This document shows, one piece after another, positions 46,164 to 56,323 of a stretch of DNA of 64,000 nt. This DNA is from Nitrospirota bacterium (lineage in GTDB: Bacteria > Nitrospirota > UBA9217). Below the pieces are notes generated by a model that was not told the DNA's origin, did not search any database, and saw only the letters and a program-made list of their open reading frames with translations. The stretch spans positions 128,001 through 192,000 of the forward strand of contig CAVUCU010000005.1 of NCBI GenBank assembly GCA_963740085.1, written 5' to 3'. A program made the position numbers and the translations under genes. The stretch's first letter is position 1. Each line of letters begins with the position of its first letter.

Positions 46164-46174
46164 GATTCCTCCTC

Positions 46175-46205
46175 GCGGTATTAACGGCCGTTGGCGGCCT
46201 CCCGC
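46175..46205 (-). promoter_or_regulatory. Putative L1-binding autoregulatory site directly before rplA
   Basis: GCGGGAG-GCC-loop-GGC-cgttaat-ACCGC hairpin with asymmetric internal loop abutting the GAGGAGG SD. Confidence 0.6.
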
Positions 46206-46213
46206 AATAACAT

Positions 46214-46276
46214 CAAACGCGAAACACGAATTTCTAAATCCTCAGTTAGGATTTAGTGTTTAGAATTTCGACTTTG
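46214..46276. repeat. Heptamer-periodic hairpin between rplK and rplA
   Basis: AAACGCG AAACACG AATTTCT AAATCCT cagtt AGGATTT AGTGTTT AGAATTT CGACTTT. Confidence 0.8.
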
Positions 46277-46279
46277 TCG

Positions 46280-46705
46280 TTAGTCTACTACTTCCAGCCC
46301 CATGCTCTTCGCTGAGCCCTCGATCATGCGCATTGCTGATTCGACGCTTGCCGCATTGAGATCCGGCATCTTCGTCTGGGCAATCTCCTTGATCTGCGCG
46401 CGGGTCACCTTGCCGACCTTGTCCTTGTTCGGTACGCCCGAACCCTTAACAATGCCGGCGGCCTTCTTCAGAAGTTCCGCCGAGGGGGGGGTTTTGGTAA
46501 TAAAGGTGAAGGACCTGTCGGAATAGACCGTGATAATGACAGGAACGATCGTGTCTCCCAGCTTCTGGGTCTTCGCGTTGAACTGCTTGCAGAACTCCAT
46601 GATATTCACGCCGTGCTGACCGAGTGCGGGTCCCACCGGGGGAGCCGGGTTGGCCTTTCCCGCCGGAACCTGAAGCTTGATTTTACCTGTAATCTCTTTT
46701 GCCAT
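46280..46705 (-). CDS. rplK: 50S ribosomal protein L11
   Basis: [23 protein letters not shown]. Confidence 0.98.
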   Translation of the reverse strand: MAKEITGKIKLQVPAGKANPAPPVGPALGQHGVNIMEFCKQFNAKTQKLGDTIVPVIITVYSDRSFTFITKTPPSAELLKKAAGIVKGSGVPNKDKVGKVTRAQIKEIAQTKMPDLNAASVESAMRMIEGSAKSMGLEVVD

Positions 46706-46719
46706 TGATAAACTCCTAC

Positions 46720-46755
46720 TTTAATTTTGCAATTTGCATTTTGCAATTTGCATTT
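46720..46755. repeat. Heptamer tandem array (single arm) between nusG and rplK
   Basis: TTTAATT TTGCAAT TTGCATT TTGCAAT TTGCATT. Confidence 0.75.
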
Positions 46756-47297
46756 TACTTGTCCTTCTCCCGCTCAACCTGCAGAAATTCCAGCTCCACC
46801 GGAGTAGAGCGCCCGAAGATGCTTACCATCACCCGGAGCCGTCCGTGTGCCGGATTTACATCTTCCACCGAGCCGATAAAGCTGTTGAACGGCCCATCGA
46901 TGACCCTGACCCGGTCGCCTTTCTGATACGCGTGCTTGGGCTGGGTCTGGGCAACGGCGCCTTCTTCCGCCTGCTTGAGGATTGCCTTAACCTCTTCGTC
47001 GGAGAGCGGCGTCGGGTTCGTGCTTCCGCCTACAAAGCCGGTGACCTTGGGTGTATCTTTTACAATATGCCACGTATTGTCGTCCATCTCCATCTCGACG
47101 AGAATATACCCGGGGAAAAACTTCCGCTGCGACTTGCGCTTCTTCCCCCCTTTGATGGAAAGAACCTCTTCGGTCGGGACCAGGATCTGTCCTATTTTTT
47201 CCTGCAGCGCGAGTTTGGAAACAGTCTCAAGGATCGTGGCCTTCACCTTGTTCTCAAAACCCGCATACGTATGGATTACATACCAGTTCATCGGCAT
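46755..47297 (-). CDS. nusG: Transcription factor NusG
   Basis: WYVIHTYAGFE, FPGYILVEM, KOW GPF, IFGRSTPVEL. Confidence 0.98.
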   Translation of the reverse strand: MPMNWYVIHTYAGFENKVKATILETVSKLALQEKIGQILVPTEEVLSIKGGKKRKSQRKFFPGYILVEMEMDDNTWHIVKDTPKVTGFVGGSTNPTPLSDEEVKAILKQAEEGAVAQTQPKHAYQKGDRVRVIDGPFNSFIGSVEDVNPAHGRLRVMVSIFGRSTPVELEFLQVEREKDK

Positions 47298-47305
47298 AAT
47301 AGTGC

Positions 47306-47491
47306 TTACTTAAAGGCAAGGGTCATCAATCTTCCCAACCCCAAATCTACCAAGCCCAGAAAAAAGGCGGCGATGAGCACCGTAGTGATCACCACCCAGG
47401 TAGAACCTATGACCTCCTTTTTTGTCGGAAACACAACCTTCTTGAGTTCCAGTTTTACTTCTTCGAAGAATTCCGCGATCTTTTTGAACAT
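47306..47491 (-). CDS. secE: Preprotein translocase SecE
   Basis: ELKKVVFP followed by one TM helix; lies between tRNA-Trp and nusG. Confidence 0.95.
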   Translation of the reverse strand: MFKKIAEFFEEVKLELKKVVFPTKKEVIGSTWVVITTVLIAAFFLGLVDLGLGRLMTLAFK

Positions 47492-47521
47492 GGAATAGGC
47501 CTCTTTCTACACAAGGGGATA

Positions 47522-47597
47522 TGGCAGGCCAGGAGGGACTCGAACCCCCAGCAGCCGGATTTGGAGTCCGGAGCTCTACCATTAGAGCTACTGGCCT
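47522..47597 (-). tRNA. tRNA-Trp(CCA)
   Basis: Cloverleaf; anticodon arm CCGGA-CTCCAAA-TCCGG; encoded 3' CCA. Confidence 0.96.
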
Positions 47598-47631
47598 GTG
47601 TTCTTCTCAGCAGCTTCCCGATGCGACCAGG

Positions 47632-47784
47632 TTACGCTTTGGTTTCCTTATGCGTTGTGTGCTTGCGGCAGAACCGGCAGTATTTGTCCAGGTTCAGCTT
47701 GTCAGGAGTATTCCTCTTGTTCTTCGTCGTTGAGTAGTTTTTCCGCTTACACTCGCTGCAAGCGAGTAAAATGATTTCCCGCAT
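47632..47784 (-). CDS. rpmG: 50S ribosomal protein L33 (Zn type)
   Basis: Manual translation [50 protein letters not shown]. Confidence 0.97.
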   Translation of the reverse strand: MREIILLACSECKRKNYSTTKNKRNTPDKLNLDKYCRFCRKHTTHKETKA

Positions 47785-47811
47785 TGTCTATTGCCTCACT
47801 CTTGTAATATT

Positions 47812-47890
47812 ACGACGGACGATGGACGACCGTTCGCTTCGCTCACTCGGACGACAGACGCCTTTGCGTCCCTCGTCCCTCGTCCCTCGT
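47812..47890. repeat. GC-rich heptamer hairpin element between tuf and rpmG
   Basis: ACGACGG ACGATGG ACG..TTCGCTTCGCTCACTCGG ACGACAG ACG..GCGTCCC TCGTCCC TCGTCCC TCGT; colinear with 28438-28520. Confidence 0.8.
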
Positions 47891-47891
47891 T

Positions 47892-49091
<1,200 letters not shown>

Positions 49092-49152
49092 ACATCCCTC
49101 CGTAAAAAGATTAAAGGTAGATAAAAACCGGTTATGCGCAAAGTTTTTTTAC

Positions 49153-49228
49153 TGGAGCCCATGAGCGGGATCGAACCGCTGACCTCATCCTTACCAAGGA
49201 TGTGCTCTACCGACTGAGCTACATGGGC
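49153..49228 (-). tRNA. tRNA-Thr(GGT)
   Basis: Anticodon loop TTGGTAA; T-loop GTTCGAT; CCA end. Confidence 0.96.
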
Positions 49229-49258
49229 AGATTTCATCAGACCCCGGACTGTAGTAAC

Positions 49259-49335
49259 TGGAGCGGGAAACGGGATTCGAACCCGCGACCCCAAGCTTGG
49301 AAGGCTTGCGCTCTAGCCAGCTGAGCTATTCCCGC
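49259..49335 (-). tRNA. tRNA-Gly(TCC)
   Basis: GCGGGAA acceptor stem; CAAGC-CTTCCAA-GCTTG. Confidence 0.96.
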
Positions 49336-49339
49336 ATGT

Positions 49340-49400
49340 GATTTCGAATTTCGGATTACAGGTTTCCGATTGTAAATCCACACCCCATAATCAATCCGCG
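49340..49400. repeat. Degenerate heptamer element in the tRNA-Tyr/tRNA-Gly spacer
   Basis: GATTT CGAATTT CGGATT..AAATCC..AATCCGC, with arms in reversed order relative to other copies. Confidence 0.5.
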
Positions 49401-49421
49401 TTTATTAAAAATAATAAAAAG

Positions 49422-49507
49422 TGGTGGGGAGGGGAGGTTTCGAACCTCCGTAGGCTGACGCCGACAGATTTACAGTCTGTTCCCTTTGGCCACTCGGGCA
49501 CCTCCCC
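49422..49507 (-). tRNA. tRNA-Tyr(GTA)
   Basis: ACAGA-CTGTAAA-TCTGT; long variable arm; CCA end. Confidence 0.96.
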
Positions 49508-49553
49508 GATGGATACGAAACCCTGATGTCGCATGAACGAATACGTGAAAAAG

Positions 49554-49629
49554 TGGAGCCACCGAAGGGAATCGAACCCCCGACAGGCTGATTACAAATC
49601 AGCTACTCTACCAACTGAGTTACGGTGGC
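49554..49629 (-). tRNA. tRNA-Thr(TGT)
   Basis: GCTGA-TTTGTAA-TCAGC; CCA end. Confidence 0.96.
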
Positions 49630-49731
49630 AGAACGTTCTGCACACACCACGCCCTTGCCCGATTTAATAAATCTTATATCTTACCGTAAGATAGCATTTT
49701 AAAAGATGTAGCGTCGCGTCAAAGAATTGGA

Positions 49732-49761
49732 ATTATAAGGGATTGTGGCCGTTCTTGTCAA
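49732..49761 (-). promoter_or_regulatory. sigma70 promoter of the tRNA-tuf operon
   Basis: TTGACA-18 nt-TATAAT. Confidence 0.75.
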
Positions 49762-49830
49762 GTAAAAAGATTAACGGGCGGTGTTTTGACAAAAGAGCGG
49801 GGTTGTGAAAAAACCGCTGCGCAGACGATG

Positions 49831-50577
49831 TTAGTTCTTTTCACGGCGCTGCCTGAGGACCTCATACAAAAGAGCCCCGGATGCAACGGATACATTCAGT
49901 GAATTGATCCGCCCCATGAGCGGCAGGGACACGACGTAATCGCAATGCTCCCGCACCAGCCTGCGGATGCCCTTGCCCTCCCCGCCAAGTACGATCGCGG
50001 TTGGACGGAGAAAATCTGCATCCCAGTAGACCAGGTCACCGCCCGCATCCGCGCCGGCAATCCATACGCCGCATCTTTTGAGGTCTTCGAGGGTGTTCAC
50101 GATATTCACGACCTTGACCACCGGAACGTATTCCACGGCACCGGCTGCCGTCTTGGCAGCGGTCTCAGTGAGGCCTGCGGCTCTTCTCTCGGGAATGATC
50201 ACACCGTGAACACCGGCAACTTCGGCTGTTCTGAGGATAGCGCCGAGATTTCTCGGATCTTCCACTCCATCCAGGACAAGGAAGAGCGGGGACTGCTTCT
50301 TCTGATCCGGGATCTTCAGAATATCGTCGAGCGTGGCGTACTCGCGGGCAGCCACGACGGCCAGCACGCCCTGGTGCAGGACATTCGGGGCTTCCCGATT
50401 CAAGGCGTCGCGGGTCGTCATCCTTACCTCGATGCCGCTCTCCTTGGCAACTCGTATGATCTCCCTGACTTCTCTGTCCGACTTTCTCTGCTCAACGATC
50501 AAGATGCAGTGGACAGGCCTTCCGGCCCTGAGCACCTCTGTCACGGGTTTGATGCCGAATATTTTATCTCTCTGCAT
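49831..50577 (-). CDS. rlmB: 23S rRNA Gm2251 methyltransferase (TrmH/SPOUT family)
   Basis: HQGV, DPRNLGAILRTA, GGEGKG, SLNVSVA; downstream of cysS. Confidence 0.93.
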   Translation of the reverse strand: MQRDKIFGIKPVTEVLRAGRPVHCILIVEQRKSDREVREIIRVAKESGIEVRMTTRDALNREAPNVLHQGVLAVVAAREYATLDDILKIPDQKKQSPLFLVLDGVEDPRNLGAILRTAEVAGVHGVIIPERRAAGLTETAAKTAAGAVEYVPVVKVVNIVNTLEDLKRCGVWIAGADAGGDLVYWDADFLRPTAIVLGGEGKGIRRLVREHCDYVVSLPLMGRINSLNVSVASGALLYEVLRQRREKN

Positions 50578-50642
50578 GAGGAAAGGGAGGTCTCCAAATT
50601 ACAAACTCAAGAATAATGATCTGCTCGTAAACAATCTGAGAT

Positions 50643-50716
50643 TGTCGCCCTGAGCGACGCGAAGGGTCTTTCAACAGATTAGAAAACCGAGATTCTTCGC
50701 TTCGCTCAGAATAACA
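50643..50716. repeat. REP-like palindromic element with 27-bp imperfect inverted arms
   Basis: TGTCGCCCTGAGCGACGCGAAGGGTCT ... AGATTCTTCGCTTCGCTCAGAATAACA. Confidence 0.8.
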
Positions 50717-50793
50717 AATTGGGGGTTTTGCGACTTTGCACTTATTTTGGCATTTATGTGCAATTTGAGATGCGGATATGAGGCTCCATTGAC

Positions 50794-52269
50794 CTACTTC
50801 GGTTTCCACACCGTACCGTCGGACCGGTCAAAAAGCTCCACGCCGCCGTCGTCAAGTACCTTGCGTATCCGATCGGCCTCGGCCCAATCCTTGCGCGCCC
50901 GGGCCTCGTTCCGCAGATGAATGAGTTCCTCGATCCGCTCAACGGAGAGCGAGACCTTGCTGTCCGCGAGCCTTCCCTCATTGAACCATTCCTCGGGATC
51001 GCGGAGAAAGATCCCGAGGGTCTTGTTCACATTCTCGAGGGACGCGGCCGCCGCCGACAGCAGTAAGATCACGGCATCCTGGTTCTTTTTATCCGCTTCC
51101 GCAAGGATCCTGTTCACCTCACGGACCAGATCGTAGATAAGCCCGATGGCAAATGCCGTGTTGAAGTCATCATCCATGGCCTCTTCAAAGGCCCTGGGCA
51201 GATTCTGTATTTTTTCATAAAGGGGCCGGTCAGCAACCTCGATGACCTCCTCGGGCTTGACCGAAGGATGTTTCTTCCCGGCGAGAAACTTCATGATCCC
51301 TTCCTTCATCGTATAATACCGGTCGAGCCCTGCGCGGGTGTCCTTCAGGTTCGCATCGGAGAAATCGATGGGGCTGCGATAGTGCGTGGAAAGCAGGAAC
51401 AATCGCAGCACTTCAGCATCGTACTGGTTCAGGATATCCCGGATGGTAAAGAAGTTGCCGAGCGACTTGGACATCTTCTCCTGGTTGATGTTCACAAATC
51501 CGTTATGAAGCCAGTAGTTCACGAACTTCTTTCCGGTGTACGCCTCGCTCTGCGCTATCTCGTTCTCGTGATGCGGAAAGATCAGGTCCTTGCCGCCGGC
51601 GTGGATGTCAAAGGTCTCCCCCAGGTGCTTGAACCCCATGGCAGAACACTCGATGTGCCAGCCCGGCCTGCCCGGTCCCCAGGGGCTGTCCCAGGCCGGT
51701 TCACCGGGCTTCGAGGCCTTCCAGAGAGCGAAGTCGAGCGGGTCGAGTTTGCGTTCGTCAACTTCCACGCGCGCACCCGCCTGCAGGTCCTCGAGGTTCC
51801 GTTTCGAGAGCTTGCCATACTCCTTGAAGCTTGCAACGCGGAAATACACGTCGCCGTCAATGACATAGGCGTGCCCTTTTGCCACGAGACCCTTGATGAC
51901 CTCGATCATCTCAGGGATATGTTCCGTTGCCTTGGGCTCGATGTCCGGCCTGCCCACGCCGAGACGCTTCATGTCCTCCCGGTATGCATCAATGTACTTT
52001 TGCGCAACCTCGGCTGCAGAAAGCCCTTCTTCCTTTGCGCGATTGATGATCTTGTCGTCGACATCGGTGAAGTTCCGCACATACTTCACGTCGAAGCCCT
52101 TGCGCCTGAAGTATCGCTGGATCAGGTCGAAGGCCACGGCCCCGCGCGCATGCCCGAGGTGGGAAAAATCGTATGCGGTCACGCCGCAGGCATACATGGA
52201 CATCCTGCCGGGATGGATCGGCGCAAATTCCTCTTTTTTCCCGCTCAGAGTATTATAAAGCTTTATCAT
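50794..52269 (-). CDS. cysS: Cysteine--tRNA ligase
   Basis: YACG..HLGH, GRPGWHIECS, FPHHENE, KMSKS. Confidence 0.98.
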   Translation of the reverse strand: MIKLYNTLSGKKEEFAPIHPGRMSMYACGVTAYDFSHLGHARGAVAFDLIQRYFRRKGFDVKYVRNFTDVDDKIINRAKEEGLSAAEVAQKYIDAYREDMKRLGVGRPDIEPKATEHIPEMIEVIKGLVAKGHAYVIDGDVYFRVASFKEYGKLSKRNLEDLQAGARVEVDERKLDPLDFALWKASKPGEPAWDSPWGPGRPGWHIECSAMGFKHLGETFDIHAGGKDLIFPHHENEIAQSEAYTGKKFVNYWLHNGFVNINQEKMSKSLGNFFTIRDILNQYDAEVLRLFLLSTHYRSPIDFSDANLKDTRAGLDRYYTMKEGIMKFLAGKKHPSVKPEEVIEVADRPLYEKIQNLPRAFEEAMDDDFNTAFAIGLIYDLVREVNRILAEADKKNQDAVILLLSAAAASLENVNKTLGIFLRDPEEWFNEGRLADSKVSLSVERIEELIHLRNEARARKDWAEADRIRKVLDDGGVELFDRSDGTVWKPK

Positions 52270-52338
52270 AGACAAACAGTCCTCAGGTGATGTAAACTTT
52301 CGCTGGTGGCATATCTGCATCATTTAGTGCGACTTGAA

Positions 52339-52367
52339 ATATTATAGATTGCGGTAATCTTTGTCAA
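52339..52367 (-). promoter_or_regulatory. Probable cysS promoter
   Basis: TTGACA followed by TATAAT (15 nt spacer) or TAATAT (17 nt spacer). Confidence 0.55.
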
Positions 52368-52395
52368 GAAGTTTCGTCGGTGCGGGGGGCCTGCC

Positions 52396-52899
52396 ATGAC
52401 AATCAAACCGCTCAGATTCGTTGTCCAGGAGCACAAAGCCACGCGTCTCCATTACGACTTCCGTCTCGAGATCGGCGGTGTGCTGAAATCCTGGGCGATC
52501 CCCAAGGGCCCCTCCATGAATCCAGCTGACAAGCGGCTCGCCCTTATGGTACCCGACCACGTGCTGGAATATATCGACTTTGAAGGCATCATTCCCGAGG
52601 GCAGTTATGGCGCAGGGCCGGTGGTGGTCTGGGACTCGGGAGTGTACGTTCCGCTTGATGATGATCCGGATACGGCGCTGAAGACCGGCACGCTGCACTT
52701 CGAGCTCAAGGGGAAAAAACTGAAGGGCGCCTTTATGCTGACAAAGATGACGGGTTTGCCAAAAAGTACGGGCAAGGAGTGGCTTTTGATGAAGAAAAAA
52801 GACTCCTGTGTGCTGCCCTACTTTGCAATCAAGACCGAGCTTACACCCGTGCGGCTTGCGACGCTGAAAAAAAAGGTCCCCCCGTGCGAGACGGATTAG
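52396..52899 (+). CDS. Stand-alone LigD 3'-phosphoesterase (PE) domain protein
   Basis: FVVQEHKATRLHYDFRLE..LKSWAIPKGPS..KRLA..DH..FEGIIPEGSYGAG..VWD. Confidence 0.92.
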   Translation: MTIKPLRFVVQEHKATRLHYDFRLEIGGVLKSWAIPKGPSMNPADKRLALMVPDHVLEYIDFEGIIPEGSYGAGPVVVWDSGVYVPLDDDPDTALKTGTLHFELKGKKLKGAFMLTKMTGLPKSTGKEWLLMKKKDSCVLPYFAIKTELTPVRLATLKKKVPPCETD

Positions 52900-53114
52900 G
52901 ATCGGAATAAGAGAATCGTGGAACGTTCGAAATAAGCTGGCACATTCCCGACTCCTTTGGTATACTTTCGGGCAAGAAAAGGAAACGTATCTTAAGTTCA
53001 ACTCCAGACAATAATCATAAAATTCCCGATCAAATACAAACTTACCTCCATTGCCCTCCTGAGCTTAGTGCCCCTGCTTGGCTTTGGCATGTATCACAGT
53101 AACGAACTGATCGA

Positions 53115-53289
53115 GAGATCAAGGGCCTGAGGCCGGGTATCAGGGCGCTCTTCATGAGCGGATATACCGCGAATATTATCCACAAGAAGGGCATTTTTGA
53201 CAGCTCAACAGAATTCATCTCAAAACCCTTTTCTCCAAAGCTTCCTCCGAAAGGTTCGTGAAATCCTGGATAAAGGTCCTGCAGCCTGA
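53115..53289 (+). pseudogene. Relic of the C-terminal receiver domain of a hybrid kinase
   Basis: EIKGLRPGIRALFMSGYTANIIHKKGIFDSSTEFISKPFSPK, then a frameshift to FLRKVREILDK; no N-terminal half. Confidence 0.8.
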
Positions 53290-53418
53290 GCAACCCCCTT
53301 CCCTCTACTTGCCTTCACTCGTTTATGCGCATAGCCCACTTTCCTGCACTTGCTCGCAACCTGCGAACCATCAGTCGCTTCTCTGTTCATGGTTCGAATA
53401 TATCAGTCGGGACCTCTT

Positions 53419-53862
53419 TCACGTCACCACGATCGTGACGTTTTCTATCGCGCCGCCCACGACAAAGACCTTTTCATTATTGCTATCCCCATCAACAGGG
53501 GTGAGAAAAAAACCTTTTGTCTTCTCGCCAAGTTTTGATAGTGAGAACCCCTTGTCCCAGGGGATCACCCCCTCGATGAACCCGACCAGCGATTCTTTGT
53601 CGAGGAACTTGACAAAAACCTTGCGTCCCGGATTTTTCCTGATCCCGAAAACCTTCCGTTCAACATATTCGCTGGAGCCCTCAAAGTTTTTAACAAAAAA
53701 AAGCGCCTTCAGCTCCTCGATCGGGACGAGGCTTTCCATGTTCGTTTTATAGTCACTCAGGATGATCGTATCCGACTCTATACTGAAATTCCTCACGAAA
53801 CCCTTCAAAAGACTGCCGTCCCTGAACCTGGCGACAATCTGTTCTCCCTCATCTCTTCCCAT
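53419..53862 (-). CDS. Conserved hypothetical protein (DUF6982-like, internally duplicated)
   Basis: GGAGG SD before ATG 53862; VARFRDGSLLKGF..LKALFFV and VKFLDKESLVGF..GFFL..NNEKVFV. Family name is from recollection. Confidence 0.7.
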   Translation of the reverse strand: MGRDEGEQIVARFRDGSLLKGFVRNFSIESDTIILSDYKTNMESLVPIEELKALFFVKNFEGSSEYVERKVFGIRKNPGRKVFVKFLDKESLVGFIEGVIPWDKGFSLSKLGEKTKGFFLTPVDGDSNNEKVFVVGGAIENVTIVVT

Positions 53863-54014
53863 GCGGCCACCTCCGGAACGCCGATTTATTGAAGTAAAGA
53901 GTACCACCATGCCTTATCCGTTGCAACCTTGGTCCGAAAATACCGATGTCCGAAACCAGCGCGACCAGGACCAGGCGGATGCCTGGTAATCCGTGACAGT
54001 ATGAGAAAAATTTC

Positions 54015-54043
54015 TTGAGTTTTGCCTCGTAAAATACTATAGT
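54015..54043 (+). promoter_or_regulatory. Probable sigma70 promoter of the hem operon
   Basis: TTGAGT-17 nt-TATAGT. Confidence 0.55.
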
Positions 54044-54131
54044 AAGCACGCGTTGGTCGCTAGCAAAAAGTTCACGTACGCTCTCAACGTTGGCCACGGC
54101 AGTACATACCATCACTTTCAGGAGATTATTA

Positions 54132-55163
54132 ATGTCCAGAGCAGACAGATTCTTAAAGGCATGCAGACGTGAGCCGGTGGATTGCACCCCGGTATGGATG
54201 ATGCGCCAGGCAGGAAGGTATCTGCCTGAATACCGCGAGATCCGCGCCAAGCACACCTTCCTCGAGATGTGCAAGACGCCGGAGGTGGCAGCCGAGGTGA
54301 CGATCCAGCCGGTACGCCGCTATGACATCGATGCTGCAATCATTTTTGCAGACATCCTGCTGCCGCTCGAGCCCATGGGCATCGGCCTTGAGTTTGCAAA
54401 GGGAGAGGGCCCGGTGATCCACAACCCGGTGCGAACCATGGCGGATGTGCTGAAGCTGAAGCCCGTCGACTCCGCCAACCAGATCACCTATCTCATGACT
54501 GCCATCAAGATCGTTCTTAAGGAGCTGAACAATAAAGTTCCGCTCATCGGCTTCTCCGGCGCGCCCTTCACGCTTGCATCCTATATGATCGAGGGTGGCG
54601 GGTCGCGCAACTATGAGCATGCCAAGGCCATGATGTTCGCCGAACCAAAGACATGGCATAAACTCATGGAACATCTCACCGGCGTTATTATCAACTATCT
54701 TGACGCCCAGATCGATGCCGGCGTGCAGGTCGTCCAGCTCTTCGACTCCTGGGTAGGCGCCCTCGGACCGACCGACTACCGCGAGTTCGTGCTGCCGCAC
54801 CAGAAGAATGTGATCGCCGGCGTCAAGAAGACCGTGCCGCTCATCCACTTCGCTCACGGGGCAACGCATTTGCTGGAAATGGTTTCGGAGGCGGGCGGTG
54901 ATGTGATCGGACTCGACTGGCGCTGCAATCTTGACGAGGCCTGGAAGCGCGTGGGATACGATAAAGCCGTGCAGGGCAACATCGACCCCATCTCTCTCTT
55001 CGGGTCCAAGGAATTTATCCGCAAACGCACCCGGGAGATCCTCGACCGGGCCGGCAACAGGAACGGCCATATCATGAACCTGGGGCACGGCATCCTGCAG
55101 CAGACGCCGCTCGACCATGCTGCGGAGTTCATCAACGCAACCCATGAACTCAGCAAGCGCTGA
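54132..55163 (+). CDS. hemE: Uroporphyrinogen decarboxylase
   Basis: PVWMMRQAGRYLPEY, IGFSGAPFTLASY, QLFDSW, NLGHG. Confidence 0.98.
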   Translation: MSRADRFLKACRREPVDCTPVWMMRQAGRYLPEYREIRAKHTFLEMCKTPEVAAEVTIQPVRRYDIDAAIIFADILLPLEPMGIGLEFAKGEGPVIHNPVRTMADVLKLKPVDSANQITYLMTAIKIVLKELNNKVPLIGFSGAPFTLASYMIEGGGSRNYEHAKAMMFAEPKTWHKLMEHLTGVIINYLDAQIDAGVQVVQLFDSWVGALGPTDYREFVLPHQKNVIAGVKKTVPLIHFAHGATHLLEMVSEAGGDVIGLDWRCNLDEAWKRVGYDKAVQGNIDPISLFGSKEFIRKRTREILDRAGNRNGHIMNLGHGILQQTPLDHAAEFINATHELSKR

Positions 55164-55165
55164 GT

Positions 55166-55235
55166 AAACTCTAAATTCGAATATCTAAACCCTGAACAGG
55201 GCCTGACAGGATTTCGGACTTCGAAATTCGGATTT
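55166..55235. repeat. Heptamer-periodic hairpin between hemE and hemH
   Basis: AAACTCT AAATTCG AATATCT AAACCCT ... AGGATTT CGGACTT CGAAATT CGGATTT. Confidence 0.8.
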
Positions 55236-55236
55236 G

Positions 55237-56133
55237 ATGCCAAAAACCGCCATTATACTTATCGCCCTTGGTGGTCCCCGGTCTCTCGACGAGGTGGGAC
55301 CGTTCATGACTGCCTTCATGGGAAGGCCGGCGCCCCCGCCCGTTGTTTCCGCAATCGTCGATCGCTACAGGCTCATCGGCGGAAAATCGCCGCTTCCCGG
55401 GATGGTAAAGCTCCAGGCCAGCGCGCTTGAGAAAGAACTCGGCAATAACTACCGAGTGTACGAAGGTTTCCGGTACTCAAAGCCGACCGTATCCGAGTCC
55501 TTCGATCGGGCCATTACGAACGGAGCGCGTCGCGTGATCGCACTCTCCATGTCGCCCTTTGCCACGGAGGTCACCACGGGCGCTTACAAGAGCGCCTGCG
55601 AAGGACTGGGAAGCGGCGAAACCTGTCCGCTCTTCATCGCAAGCTGGCATAATAATCCCTTTTTCATCGAGGCTTGGCGGGAACTGGTATTCCAGGGACT
55701 GAAGCGATTTTCGACAGGACAGCAAGAACAGGTTGTGGTCATCTTTACCAGTCACAGCATCCCGGTGCGGTACATCACTGCCGGTGATCCCTACCAGCGT
55801 CAGCTCGAAGAAACAGTGAAACTCGTGGTGAACAGCCTTGCAATCAGGAACTGGCGCGTTGCCTGGCAGAGCAAGGGTGCGCGGGCAACCGAACCATGGC
55901 TCCAACCCGAGGTGGAGCCCACACTGGACCTGATCGCCCAGGAAGGATTCAAGGCCGTGCTCGAAGTACCCATCGGGTTCACCTGCGACCATATGGAGAC
56001 TCTGTATGATATCGATATCGTTCACCGGGCTCACGCCGAAAAGCTGGGGCTCAACTTTGAACGCGCGGCATCGTTGAATACCTCCCCGCTTTTCATTAAA
56101 GCCCTGTCGGATATTGTAGGAAAAGCAGTATAA
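55237..56133 (+). CDS. hemH: Ferrochelatase (probably coproporphyrin ferrochelatase type)
   Basis: YRLIGGKSPL, FTSHSIP, GDPY, WQS, WLQP, GFTCDHMETLYDID. Confidence 0.95.
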   Translation: MPKTAIILIALGGPRSLDEVGPFMTAFMGRPAPPPVVSAIVDRYRLIGGKSPLPGMVKLQASALEKELGNNYRVYEGFRYSKPTVSESFDRAITNGARRVIALSMSPFATEVTTGAYKSACEGLGSGETCPLFIASWHNNPFFIEAWRELVFQGLKRFSTGQQEQVVVIFTSHSIPVRYITAGDPYQRQLEETVKLVVNSLAIRNWRVAWQSKGARATEPWLQPEVEPTLDLIAQEGFKAVLEVPIGFTCDHMETLYDIDIVHRAHAEKLGLNFERAASLNTSPLFIKALSDIVGKAV

Positions 56134-56323
56134 TTTACGCGGTTACCGCGAAGTCATATAAGGAAGCAAAGCATAAGCCGGATTTCAAGGTGTAAATTGC
56201 AGAATTGCTGTATGGCCTCGGGCCATGACCTGTATTCAATAATGTTAGCTTCTGCCTTCTGCTCTCTGTGTTGTGTTTTTGTCTTCATCAGACTTGGTAT
56301 CTTTGTGCTTTAAGAGGATATAT

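Noticed and set aside
46720-47890. Short tandem repeats as a possible CRISPR array
   Set aside because: Units are 7 nt with no unique spacers, and there are no cas genes.
49153-49830. tRNA cluster as an integration site for an island
   Set aside because: No duplicated tRNA 3' end or integrase; this is the canonical Thr-Tyr-Gly-Thr-tuf arrangement.
52939-52955. TGGCAC as a sigma54 promoter
   Set aside because: Lacks the TTGC -12 element at the required spacing.
51268-55145. 340-aa and 330-aa ORFs opposite cysS and hemE
   Set aside because: Antisense shadows of well-supported genes.
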